Source: Mesorhizobium sp. (GTDB lineage Bacteria; Pseudomonadota; Alphaproteobacteria; Rhizobiales; Rhizobiaceae). From it: 64,000 bases of DNA. The notes below the pieces were generated by a model. It worked only from the letters and a program-made list of their open reading frames with translations. It did no database searches and had not been told where the DNA came from. A program made the translations under genes and the position numbers. The stretch lies in assembly GCA_049650385.1 (NCBI GenBank), contig JBASAA010000006.1:20979-84978 (forward strand), in the 5' to 3' direction. Position 1 is the stretch's first letter. Each line of letters starts with the position of its first letter. Shown one piece after another: positions 43,262 through 52,043 of this stretch.

Positions 43262-45682
43262 TCAGGTACGCAGCTTTTCGCCCTTCGGGTCGAAGGGAGG
43301 GCGTTCCAGCACGCGCGCCTTGTGGGGACGGCCGAGGATGGCGACGGAAACCTCGTCGCCGGGCCTTGCCTTGCCAGCCTTGAGGGTGCCGAGCGCCAGC
43401 GACATGCCGACCGAATAGCCGTAAGCTCCAGAGGTCACCTGTCCGGCCGGCGTGCCGTCGGGCAGGAAGATCGGCTCGCCGCCGGTGGCGTCGGCATCGG
43501 CGGCCTCGATGGCCACCATCACCAGCGTGTCGCGCGCCGGCCGGTCGGCGATGGCGGCATAGGCATCGCGGTTGAGGAAGTCGCCCTTGTCCATCTTGAC
43601 CAGGCGGGCCATCCCCACTTCCTGCGGCCAGTATTCGGTCGAATATTCGCGCCCCCAACTGCCATAGCCTTTCTCCACACGCAGCGACATCAGCGCACGC
43701 GAACCCACCGGGCCACCGCCGAGCTTGCGGGCCTCGTCGATCAGCGCGCGATAGAGCGCGATCTGATCGGCTTCGGCGCAATGCAGTTCCCAGCCTAGGT
43801 CGCCGGTGAAGGAAACGCGCAGCGCGATCACTTTTATGCCCGCCACCTCGATGCGGCGCGAGCGCATGAACGAGAACGCCGGAGTGGAAAGGTCTGCATT
43901 CGTCAGCGCCTGCAACAACTGCCGCGCCTTCGGCCCTGCGACATTGAAGCCGGACATCTGCTCGGTCATCGAGGTGAAGCTGGTGCCGGCCGGCAGGGGA
44001 ACGGCCCGGAAATAGCGCTGGTGGAAGCGCTCGGCCATGCCGGAGCCGAACATCATGAACTCTTCCTCGCCCAGACGCGTCACCGTGAAGTCGCCGGCGA
44101 TGCCGCCGCGCTTGCCGATCATCGGCGTCAGGCACGAACGGCCGATCTCGGCCGGCATGCGGTTGGCGAGCAGCCCGTTCAGCCAGTCTTCGGCGCCCGG
44201 TCCCTCGATCCGGTATCTGGCGTAGTTGGAAATGTCGATGACGCCGACATGTTCGCGCAGCATGCGCGCCTCGCGGCCGACCGGCTGCCACCAGTTCTGG
44301 CGCGTGAAGCCGTTGGTCTCCTCGCGCGGTTCGTCATCGGCCGCGAACCACAGCGGATGCTCCCACCCGTAATTGAGGCCGAACACGGCTCCCATTTCCT
44401 TCTGCATGGCATAGGCCGGGCGCGTGCGCACCGGCCGGCCGGCCGCACGTTCCTCGTTCGGAAAATGGATCTTGAAGCGATGGCTGTACTGGTCCTGCAC
44501 GCGCGCTTTGGTGAAGGCCTTGTTCGCCCAGTGGCCGAAGCGGGCCATGTCCCAGCCGAACATGTCGAGCGACGGCTCGCCGTCGATGATCCATTCCGCC
44601 GCCAGCTTGCCCAGCCCGCCCGATTGCGAGAAGCCGGGGATCAGGCCGATGCAGCAGAAATAGTTGGTGAGCTCGGGCACCGGCCCGAACAGCGCCGAAC
44701 TGTCGGGCGACCAGATCATCGGCCCGTTGATCACCCGCTTGATGCCGGCGCTGCCGGCCGCAGGCACGCGCGTGATGGCGCGCATCATGTTTTCCTCGAT
44801 CCGCTCGAGATCGTCGGGGAACAGTTCGTGGCCGAAATCCAGCGGCGTGCCGTCCTCGGCCCAGAACTTCATGTTGCGTTCATAGGCGCCGATGAGCAGG
44901 CCGAGGCCTTCCTGGCGAAGGTAGTATTCGCCGTCGCGGTCGGCCACCGACGGCAGCCGCCGGTCGAGCGCGGCGATCTCGGGGATCGTCTCGGTAACGA
45001 AATACTGGTGCTCGGTCGGGATCAGGGGCACCGTCAGTCCTGCCAGCGCCGCCACCTCGCGCGCCCACAGGCCGGCGGCGTTGACCACCCATTGCGTGCG
45101 GATGTCGCCCTTGTCGGTGCGCACGATCCAGCTTCCGTCGGCCTGCTGCTCCGTCGCGGTCGCGGCGGTGAAGCGATGGATATCGGCGCCGCGCTGGCGC
45201 GCTCCTGCCGCATAGGCCATGGTGACGCCGGACGGGTCGACATTGCCGCCCTGCGGCTCGAACATGATGCAGCGCACGCCGTCGAAATCGACCAGCGGAT
45301 GCAGCCGCTCGGCGTCGGCCCGGCTGACCTCGTAGAAGTCCATGCCGTAGCGGCGCGCCTTGGCCTCCTGCAACCGCAACTGGTGCTCGCGCGCCTCGGT
45401 TTGCGCCAGATAGAGCGAACCCGGCTGGAAGACGCCGCAGCCTTGCCCCGTCTCGGCCTCCAGTTCCTTGTAGAGCGCCATCGTATAGTGCTGGAGCCGG
45501 CTGATATTGGTCGAATCGTGCAGGCCGTGGATGTTGGCCGCCGCGTGCCAGGTCGAGCCGGACGTGAGCTCGGAGCGTTCCAGGAGAACGACGTCGGACC
45601 AGCCGTGCTTGGCGAGGTGGTACAGGATCGAGCAGCCGATCAGCCCGCCGCCGATAACAACCACCTGGGCATGTGTACGCAT
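43262..45682 (-). CDS. Dimethylglycine/sarcosine-dehydrogenase-type enzyme (FAD DAO domain + GcvT folate-binding domain)
   Basis: MRTHAQVVVIGGGLIGCSILYHL and ...SGSTWHAAANIHG..., the site context for covalent flavin His. The C-terminal aminomethyltransferase-like half carries ...GFTGDLGWELH... The protein is 806 aa from the ATG at 45682; the track ORF extends to 45874. Confidence 0.88.
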   Translation of the reverse strand: MRTHAQVVVIGGGLIGCSILYHLAKHGWSDVVLLERSELTSGSTWHAAANIHGLHDSTNISRLQHYTMALYKELEAETGQGCGVFQPGSLYLAQTEAREHQLRLQEAKARRYGMDFYEVSRADAERLHPLVDFDGVRCIMFEPQGGNVDPSGVTMAYAAGARQRGADIHRFTAATATEQQADGSWIVRTDKGDIRTQWVVNAAGLWAREVAALAGLTVPLIPTEHQYFVTETIPEIAALDRRLPSVADRDGEYYLRQEGLGLLIGAYERNMKFWAEDGTPLDFGHELFPDDLERIEENMMRAITRVPAAGSAGIKRVINGPMIWSPDSSALFGPVPELTNYFCCIGLIPGFSQSGGLGKLAAEWIIDGEPSLDMFGWDMARFGHWANKAFTKARVQDQYSHRFKIHFPNEERAAGRPVRTRPAYAMQKEMGAVFGLNYGWEHPLWFAADDEPREETNGFTRQNWWQPVGREARMLREHVGVIDISNYARYRIEGPGAEDWLNGLLANRMPAEIGRSCLTPMIGKRGGIAGDFTVTRLGEEEFMMFGSGMAERFHQRYFRAVPLPAGTSFTSMTEQMSGFNVAGPKARQLLQALTNADLSTPAFSFMRSRRIEVAGIKVIALRVSFTGDLGWELHCAEADQIALYRALIDEARKLGGGPVGSRALMSLRVEKGYGSWGREYSTEYWPQEVGMARLVKMDKGDFLNRDAYAAIADRPARDTLVMVAIEAADADATGGEPIFLPDGTPAGQVTSGAYGYSVGMSLALGTLKAGKARPGDEVSVAILGRPHKARVLERPPFDPKGEKLRT

Positions 45683-45759
45683 ATGGGAATCTTCCTTGTT
45701 CAATCTGACGAGATGGCCCGGACCTCGAGGCCGGGCCGATAGGCGAGCTGGCCCGTGCG

Positions 45760-47298
45760 TCACGGTTCGTCGGAACCGATCTCCTCGCGCCGTCTCGCGA
45801 CATAGGCGTCCAGTTCCTCGCGAATGGCGGGGTCCATCTGCGGTTCTTCGTATTCGTGCAAGGCCTGCTGCCACAAAAGGGTCGCCCGATCGAGCGCGTC
45901 CTTGCCGCCGGCTTCCTGCCAGGCGCCGTAGTTCTGCCAGTTCGACAGCATCGGCTGGTAGAAGGCGGTCGAGTAGCGCGCCATCGTATGCTCCGAGCCG
46001 AAGAAGTGGCCGCCCGTCGGCACACCCTTGATGGCCTCGAAGCCGAGGTCGTCTTCCTGGAACGGCACCGGGCGCAGGAACTCGATCATGTTCTGGAGGA
46101 TTTCCACGTCGAGGATCAGCTTTTCATAGGAAGCGGTCAGGCCGCCCTCCAGCCAGCCGGCGGCATGGTAGATCATGTTGGCGCCGCCGAGCATCGCGCC
46201 CCAGGTCGCCATCTCGGTCTCGTAGGCCGCCTGCAGGTCGACCGCGTTGGAGGCATTGGCGTTGGAGGTGCGGTAGGGCAGCCCGTAGCGGCGGGCAAGC
46301 TGGCCGCCGATAATGTTGGCCTTGGCGTTTTCCGGCGTGCCGAAGGCGGGCGCACCAGAACGCATGTCCACGTTGGAAGTGAAGGCCCCGTACATGACCG
46401 GTGTTCCCGGATTGACGAGCTGGGTAAGCACGGCGCCGAACAGCGCCTCGGCGTTCTGCTGCGACAGGGCCGCCGCCAGCGTCACCGGCGTCATCGCCCC
46501 CATCAGGGTGAACGGGGTTATGGTGACCGGCTGGCCGTGCTCGGCCATGGCGATCAGCCCCTCGGCCATCGCCCCGTCGAACAGGCGCGGCGAGTTGACC
46601 GAGATGATGGTGATGACGCCGGGCGAAGCCCGCATCTCCTCGACCGGGATGCCCCGGGCGATCGCCATCATGTTGATGCCGTCGGTGGCGCGGCCCCGGC
46701 CGATGGCCGTGCAGTGGAAGCTGAGGTCGCTCAGCGTCAGGTTGGCCCGATAGGTATCGAGATGGCGTGAATTCGCCGGCAGTTCCACCGGGGCGACGAC
46801 CTGGTTGCCGATGATGTGGATGGCGTTGAAATAATGCGCCAGGCGGATGAAATTTTTGTAGTCCTCCAGGTTTCCCTGGCGCCTGCCGTTCACCCGGTCA
46901 TGGACGTTGGGCGGACCAGCGACGAGACCGAAGGCGATGTTGCTGCCGCCGATCTCGAGTTGCTTGGCGGGATTGCGGCTGGTCAACGTAAACGTGTGCG
47001 GCGCGGATTTCAGCGCCGCCATCACCAGGCTTTCGTCGATGCGCACGGTTCCTTCGCCGCGGTCGACGATGGCGCCGGCCTTTTCGAAGATGCCGAGCAC
47101 CTTTTCATCGAGCACCCGGATGCCGAGTTCGGACAGGATACGCATCGAAGTCCGATGCAGGGCCTCCATCCTGTCCTCGTCGAAAAGCTGCATCGGCGCG
47201 TTGTTGTTGACGACCTGCTGCCAGGGCAGTTGCGGGATGCTGGCGCCTGCCCGTTCGGTCTTTCCCCGCCGTCCGCCGCTTCGTCTTTCCTGCGTCAT
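45760..47298 (-). CDS. MttB-family (trimethylamine methyltransferase superfamily) protein, non-pyrrolysine type
   Basis: 512-aa uninterrupted ORF with no in-frame TAG. Blocks ...NSPRL..., ...SNVDMRSGAPAFGTPE..., ...AAGWLEGGLTASYEKLILD... and ...GGHFFGSEHTMARY... are shared with the paralogue at 56680. Confidence 0.88.
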   Translation of the reverse strand: MTQERRSGGRRGKTERAGASIPQLPWQQVVNNNAPMQLFDEDRMEALHRTSMRILSELGIRVLDEKVLGIFEKAGAIVDRGEGTVRIDESLVMAALKSAPHTFTLTSRNPAKQLEIGGSNIAFGLVAGPPNVHDRVNGRRQGNLEDYKNFIRLAHYFNAIHIIGNQVVAPVELPANSRHLDTYRANLTLSDLSFHCTAIGRGRATDGINMMAIARGIPVEEMRASPGVITIISVNSPRLFDGAMAEGLIAMAEHGQPVTITPFTLMGAMTPVTLAAALSQQNAEALFGAVLTQLVNPGTPVMYGAFTSNVDMRSGAPAFGTPENAKANIIGGQLARRYGLPYRTSNANASNAVDLQAAYETEMATWGAMLGGANMIYHAAGWLEGGLTASYEKLILDVEILQNMIEFLRPVPFQEDDLGFEAIKGVPTGGHFFGSEHTMARYSTAFYQPMLSNWQNYGAWQEAGGKDALDRATLLWQQALHEYEEPQMDPAIREELDAYVARRREEIGSDEP

Positions 47299-47318
47299 CG
47301 ATACGTCCTTCCTTTGCG

Positions 47319-48296
47319 TCAGTAGCCGCGCTGCGGCATCACGACGTTCTGCAACGGTTCGCCGCGCCTGTAGCGCGCAAGGTTGTCAGAGAACATGCGC
47401 ACCGCCTTGAGATCCCAGCCTTCATAGATGGAGGAGCAATGCGGAGTGATCGTCACGTTCTCGTAAGCCCATAACGGGTTTTCCGGCGGCAGCGGTTCGG
47501 CCTCGAATACGTCGAGCGCCGCCCCCGCGAGGCGTCCCGCGTCGAGGGCCGCCATCAACGCCGTCTGGTCGACGACGCCGCCGCGCGAGACGTCGACCAG
47601 GAAGGCTCCCGGCTTGATCGACGCCAGCGCGGCAGGGCCGACGAGGCCTTTGGTGCCGGGAAGAAGAGGCACGCAGACGACGATGAAATCAGCGCGCGGC
47701 CATAGCGATGGCAGTCCCTGTTCGCCATGGACTTCGTCGACGCCAGCGACGGCGGCAGGCTGCGCCCTGACCCCGATGACGGTCATGCCCATGGCCTTGG
47801 CGCGCTGCGCCACCGCCTGCCCGGTCTTGCCCAGGCCGAGGACGAGGACGGTGCGGCCCTCGATCGGGCGCATCGGTTGGGGTGCCCAGCGCCGCTCCTG
47901 CTGTCGGTGTTGGAAGCCGCGCAGGTCGAGCGAGAACGACAGCATGGCGCCGAGCACGTATTCCGCCATCATGTTGGCGGCGACACCTGCGGCGTTCGTC
48001 ACCGTTACCTTCCCGGGGTCCCATGGCTGCAGGTGGTCCGTGCCGGACCCGCCGACCGATACCCACCTGACCGTCGGGTTCTCGACGAGCGTGGTGCGGG
48101 GGAATTGCGGCGTTCCAGCGAAACGGACGGAGTAGACAACCTCCGCCCCGGTGCGCGCGATGAGACCGGGCAGGCCCGAATAGTCGTCACAGGCATGGAT
48201 ATCGAGATCGCCATGATCAACACGAAGTGCCTCCAGCGCCGGGGCCGGGGCGTTCGTGTGCAGGATGACGGTCGGCTGCCGGGACATCGCGATCAT
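47319..48296 (-). CDS. D-isomer-specific 2-hydroxyacid dehydrogenase family (NAD-binding)
   Basis: NAD loop VLVLGLGKTGQAVA and the Arg-Glu-His catalytic contexts VSRGGVVD, DVFEAEPLP and TITPHCSS. The start ATG at 48296 directly abuts the soxG stop at 48293-48295. The track ORF extends to 48623. Confidence 0.85.
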   Translation of the reverse strand: MIAMSRQPTVILHTNAPAPALEALRVDHGDLDIHACDDYSGLPGLIARTGAEVVYSVRFAGTPQFPRTTLVENPTVRWVSVGGSGTDHLQPWDPGKVTVTNAAGVAANMMAEYVLGAMLSFSLDLRGFQHRQQERRWAPQPMRPIEGRTVLVLGLGKTGQAVAQRAKAMGMTVIGVRAQPAAVAGVDEVHGEQGLPSLWPRADFIVVCVPLLPGTKGLVGPAALASIKPGAFLVDVSRGGVVDQTALMAALDAGRLAGAALDVFEAEPLPPENPLWAYENVTITPHCSSIYEGWDLKAVRMFSDNLARYRRGEPLQNVVMPQRGY

Positions 48297-48913
48297 CTCG
48301 ACGGCCCGGCGGAAGAGCGGACATCCTCGGTTTCCGGCATCGTTTGCCGGATGGTTTCGGCAATCCCGACCGCCCGCGCGAAGAAGGCCGCGAGCGAAAT
48401 GTCGAACAGGATATCGAAGCCGTCCCCGCTTCTCGCCACGACCGCTTCTATCGAAGCCGCGCGGGTTTGCGCAATCCGGCCGGGGCCGAAGTGTTCGGGG
48501 CGAAGGTCCATGGCGCAGAGCCGCGCCATCAGGGCGCCCGCATCCGGGCCGGACAGGCGCATCCACGCCCAGCCTTCCTCGCGCCAGGAGGAATAGCCGC
48601 GGACGCCGTCTGCCTTGTTCCACGTGTCCACCAGCCGGCCGAGAGCGCTTGCGGCATCCTCGGCCAGGAACAAGACGTCATCGCTTCCGAGGCGCAGGAC
48701 CCGCATGCCGTCATGCATGCCGACGTGGTTGATGGCGGGAAGGTCGAGTCCCTGGGAAGCCAGCCAGTTGGCGGTACTGGGACCTTTGATCCCGAAGCGG
48801 GGTTTTGCGGTAAGGTCGTTCAGCGCGATGCGGCCGCTGGGCAGCGGCAGGTCCGCTGCGGCACCGCCGGGTGCGAACGGAAACAGGCGCTGCGCGGAGG
48901 AAAATTGCATCAT
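48293..48913 (-). CDS. soxG: Sarcosine oxidase gamma subunit
   Basis: A 206-aa ORF starting 1 nt after the soxA stop. The sequence carries ...PRFGIKGP...WLASQGLDLP... and ...RLSGPDAGALMARLCAMDL... Position and size are typical of SoxG. Confidence 0.85.
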   Translation of the reverse strand: MMQFSSAQRLFPFAPGGAAADLPLPSGRIALNDLTAKPRFGIKGPSTANWLASQGLDLPAINHVGMHDGMRVLRLGSDDVLFLAEDAASALGRLVDTWNKADGVRGYSSWREEGWAWMRLSGPDAGALMARLCAMDLRPEHFGPGRIAQTRAASIEAVVARSGDGFDILFDISLAAFFARAVGIAETIRQTMPETEDVRSSAGPSR

Positions 48914-48914
48914 G

Positions 48915-51773
48915 CTACAGGTCCTGACGCCTGTTTTCCGGGTCGAAGAACGTATGCGCGACCACGGAAGCCTCGATGATTCGCCCGTTGCCGCATCGAA
49001 TGGAGATACGCGACCCTTTCGCGTTGTCCTCGGCATGAACATAGGCGAGGGCGATCGGATAGCCCAGCGTCGGCGAATGACCGATCGAGGTGATGGCGCC
49101 GACCGGGTTGCCGTGGCGCAGCACCAGGCTGCCCTCATCCGGCAGGTCGCCGGCGTCGGACGGAAACGCCAGCCCGACGAGACGACGCTTCTGGTCAAGG
49201 CGCGCCCGCATCTCGATCGAGCGCTTGCCTACGAAAAAGGGCTTCTTCTTCGATAAGGCCCAGGTGAAGTCCAATTCATCGGGGGTGGTCAGGGCGTCGG
49301 TATCCTGGCCGATCAGGATGTGCCCTTTTTCCAGCCGCAGGATGCGGGACGCTTCCAGCCCGTAGGGGCGCAGGCCATGCGGCTGGCCGGCCGCCATGAC
49401 CGCATCCCACAGCGCTGGCGCGTAACTCGAAGGGCAGTGCAGTTCGTAACTGATCTCGCCGGTGAAGCCGATGCGCATGGCGCGAACCGGGACGCCGGCC
49501 AGCACGCCTTCATGTCCGCCGAGATAAGGGAATGCTTCGCGGCTGAAATCGATGTCGCTTTCCATCGCCTCAAGGACAGCCCGCGCGTTCGGCCCGGTCA
49601 GGTTGAGGCCCGAAAAAGCGCTGGTGAGATTGAGCACGTCGACCTTCAGCCGCCACTGCGCATTCCAGAACAGCATGTCGGCATAGACGCGCGCGACGGC
49701 GCCGGTCGTCGAGGTGACGTAGAAACGGTCCTCGGCAAGGCGGTAGGCGACCCCGTCGTCGATGACGGAACCCATCTCGTTGAGCATCAGGCAATAGCGC
49801 ACCCTGCCGACCGGCTGGTTCGCGTGCGCCATCGTATAGAGCCGGTCCATGAAGAGGCCGGCGTCCGGGCCGCGGACTTCGAGCTTGCCGAGCGTAGACA
49901 CATCGAGCAGTCCGGCCTGGTTGCGTACGGCCGCCACTTCCTGCCTGGTCAGTTCGGCGGCCTGCTCCGGCGCGCCGTAGAAATAGGGTCGCCACCAGGA
50001 GCCGACGGGCTTCATGCGCGCCGCGAGCGCGACGTGCCGGGCGTGCAGCGAGGTTCGCCGTTCGAGGGCGTGGTGATGGCCGGCGAGCAGCCCCAGCTTT
50101 TCCGGTCCGGTCGGGGGCCGTGCGGTCGTCACCCCCATCTGGCCGACCCGGCGCCCGGTAGCGGTAGCGACGATGCGTGCGGTGGCGACCGCCGAATGGC
50201 GGCCCTGGCTGGGACCCATGCCGACCGTGGTGAAGCGCTTGGTCAGTTCGAGTTCGCTGTAACCTTCCTCGACGGCGTTCAGAAGATCCTTGATCTGGAG
50301 GTCCTCGTCGAAATCGACGAAATCGCGCCCCTTGGGATGCGGGACGAGCGGCTGCGCATATCCATTCGCGGCCGGCGGACGCAAGCGGTCCTCCGTGACC
50401 GGCAGCGACCCATGCCCGAGGTCGGAAAGGGCTGCCTGCGCGACCCGCTGTCCATCCATGATCGCGCTTTCCAACCCGGTGTTGCCGGCGATGGAGCCGC
50501 ACAGGCGAACATTGTCGCGCTCAAGCTCCAGCACCATGCGCGCAGAAGCGTCTTCATAGCCGACTTTTGCCCCTGCCTGGCATGGGAGCTGCCATGCGGG
50601 AGCCTTGCCGATCGATACGGAAAGCAGGTCGCACTCCATCCAGCGGCCCGCCACCTTCACGGCGGCGACATGCCTGTTGCCGGCGGTGCCCCTGGCTTCT
50701 TCGACCATGACCCCGGACAGAATTTCGACGCCCTGGGCGCGTAACGCCGCCTGCGCGCCGTTTGCGGTTCCGGCGGGGCGAGGGTCGATCAGCGCCGTGA
50801 TTGTGACGCCGGCGTCGAGCAGGTCCTGCGCGACATCGTAGCCGTCGCCGTCGGCCGCCAGCACCACGGCACGCGTGCCGGGCCGCACCGCGTAGTGCCG
50901 CATCAGCCGCTGCACCGCGCCGCCGTGGAGGATGCCGGGCAGATCGTTGTTGCGGAAGACGGCCGGTTGCTCGATCGTTCCGGCGGCGAGGACGACCTGA
51001 CGCGCACGGGCACGATAGAGCCGGTTTTGCTGGATCAGCGGCAGCCAGTTGTCTTCGAACCAGCCATTGCAGATGGTGCCGGTGAGGATGCGCAGGTTCG
51101 GCAGCGAGCGCGCTTCCCTCACGAGGTCGGACAAGGCCACTCCGTCGCTGCGCCGATAGGTCAGCGATCCGCCCGGCTCGGTGTTCTCGTCGCAGATGAC
51201 CACGTCCGCGCCGGCCTTCGCCGCGAGGATGGCGGCGGAAAGTCCCGCAGGACCAGCGCCGACGACCAGCACGTCGCAATGCAGGTTGACCTGATCGAAA
51301 AACTGGTGCGGCGTGGCGGTGTCGACCGTGCCGAGGCCCGCCTTTCGGCGGATCAAGGGCTCCCACAGCTTCAGCCAGCTGTCGCGCCGGGGTCCCATGA
51401 AGGTGCGGTAGTAGAAGCCGACCGGCAGGAAGCGCCCGAGCCGGTCCATCAGCGCATCACGGTCGCGATCCAGCGAACCGGAGACGTTCTGGGCGCTGAC
51501 GGTCATGCCGTCGCGGATTGGTTCCCGGTCGGCCTGCACGTTCGGCTCATGCCCGGCCTGCACCAGCGTATTGGCTTCGGCGCCGGCCATGCTGACCGCC
51601 CCTCGCGGCCTGTGGTATTTGAAGGAGCGCGACAGCACCCATTGCCCCGACGCGGCCAGGGCGCTGGCGATCGTATCGCCGTCGAAACCTTCGAAAGCCT
51701 TGCCCTCGAAGGTGAAGCGGACCGGGCGCAGCCGGTCGAGGCGGGTGCCCCATGGAGCGGGAAGCCGGTTCAT
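48915..51773 (-). CDS. soxA: Sarcosine oxidase alpha subunit
   Basis: MNRLPAPWGTRLDRLRPVRFTFEGKAFEGFDGDTIASALAASG...SFKYHRPRG, then VLVVGAGPAGLSAA, and a C-terminal GcvT-like domain ...IGFTGEISYELH... The protein is 952 aa from the ATG at 51773. Confidence 0.92.
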   Translation of the reverse strand: MNRLPAPWGTRLDRLRPVRFTFEGKAFEGFDGDTIASALAASGQWVLSRSFKYHRPRGAVSMAGAEANTLVQAGHEPNVQADREPIRDGMTVSAQNVSGSLDRDRDALMDRLGRFLPVGFYYRTFMGPRRDSWLKLWEPLIRRKAGLGTVDTATPHQFFDQVNLHCDVLVVGAGPAGLSAAILAAKAGADVVICDENTEPGGSLTYRRSDGVALSDLVREARSLPNLRILTGTICNGWFEDNWLPLIQQNRLYRARARQVVLAAGTIEQPAVFRNNDLPGILHGGAVQRLMRHYAVRPGTRAVVLAADGDGYDVAQDLLDAGVTITALIDPRPAGTANGAQAALRAQGVEILSGVMVEEARGTAGNRHVAAVKVAGRWMECDLLSVSIGKAPAWQLPCQAGAKVGYEDASARMVLELERDNVRLCGSIAGNTGLESAIMDGQRVAQAALSDLGHGSLPVTEDRLRPPAANGYAQPLVPHPKGRDFVDFDEDLQIKDLLNAVEEGYSELELTKRFTTVGMGPSQGRHSAVATARIVATATGRRVGQMGVTTARPPTGPEKLGLLAGHHHALERRTSLHARHVALAARMKPVGSWWRPYFYGAPEQAAELTRQEVAAVRNQAGLLDVSTLGKLEVRGPDAGLFMDRLYTMAHANQPVGRVRYCLMLNEMGSVIDDGVAYRLAEDRFYVTSTTGAVARVYADMLFWNAQWRLKVDVLNLTSAFSGLNLTGPNARAVLEAMESDIDFSREAFPYLGGHEGVLAGVPVRAMRIGFTGEISYELHCPSSYAPALWDAVMAAGQPHGLRPYGLEASRILRLEKGHILIGQDTDALTTPDELDFTWALSKKKPFFVGKRSIEMRARLDQKRRLVGLAFPSDAGDLPDEGSLVLRHGNPVGAITSIGHSPTLGYPIALAYVHAEDNAKGSRISIRCGNGRIIEASVVAHTFFDPENRRQDL

Positions 51774-52036
51774 GGCCGTTCCCCGATTCCGGCAGGCAGG
51801 AAGGTGCGGACGACCTCGTTGGATTCCGTGTCGCGCTCGGCCAGGAAGAACACGTTGCTGGGCACGTGGCGCCACCATTCGACGATGATGCCCTTGCGGT
51901 TGTCGGCCCTGAACAGGTGCAGGCCCCATTCGGCGTCGCTTGCCTTTTCCGGGTCGAGTGCTTCGCGCAGGGGGCCGAACGACTGGAACTCGTCGATGTT
52001 GCGAAGGCCGTTCACGGGACATGCCAGGAGTTTCAT
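51770..52036 (-). CDS. soxD: Sarcosine oxidase delta subunit
   Basis: 88 aa, MKLLACPVNGLRNIDEF...WWRHVPS... It has an ATGA overlap with the soxA start. Confidence 0.9.
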   Translation of the reverse strand: MKLLACPVNGLRNIDEFQSFGPLREALDPEKASDAEWGLHLFRADNRKGIIVEWWRHVPSNVFFLAERDTESNEVVRTFLPAGIGERP

Positions 52037-52043
52037 CGCCGCC

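Noticed and set aside
44021-45742. 573-aa plus-strand ORF
   Set aside because: It is antisense to the dimethylglycine-dehydrogenase-type gene, has low-complexity Arg/Ala/Gly-rich composition and carries no recognisable motifs. This is typical GC-rich shadow ORF behaviour.
45760-47298. Possibility of a pyrrolysine (in-frame TAG) MttB
   Set aside because: Both mttB-family frames (45760..47298 and 56680..58248) are uninterrupted from start to stop. No pyl genes are visible, so these are non-Pyl family members.
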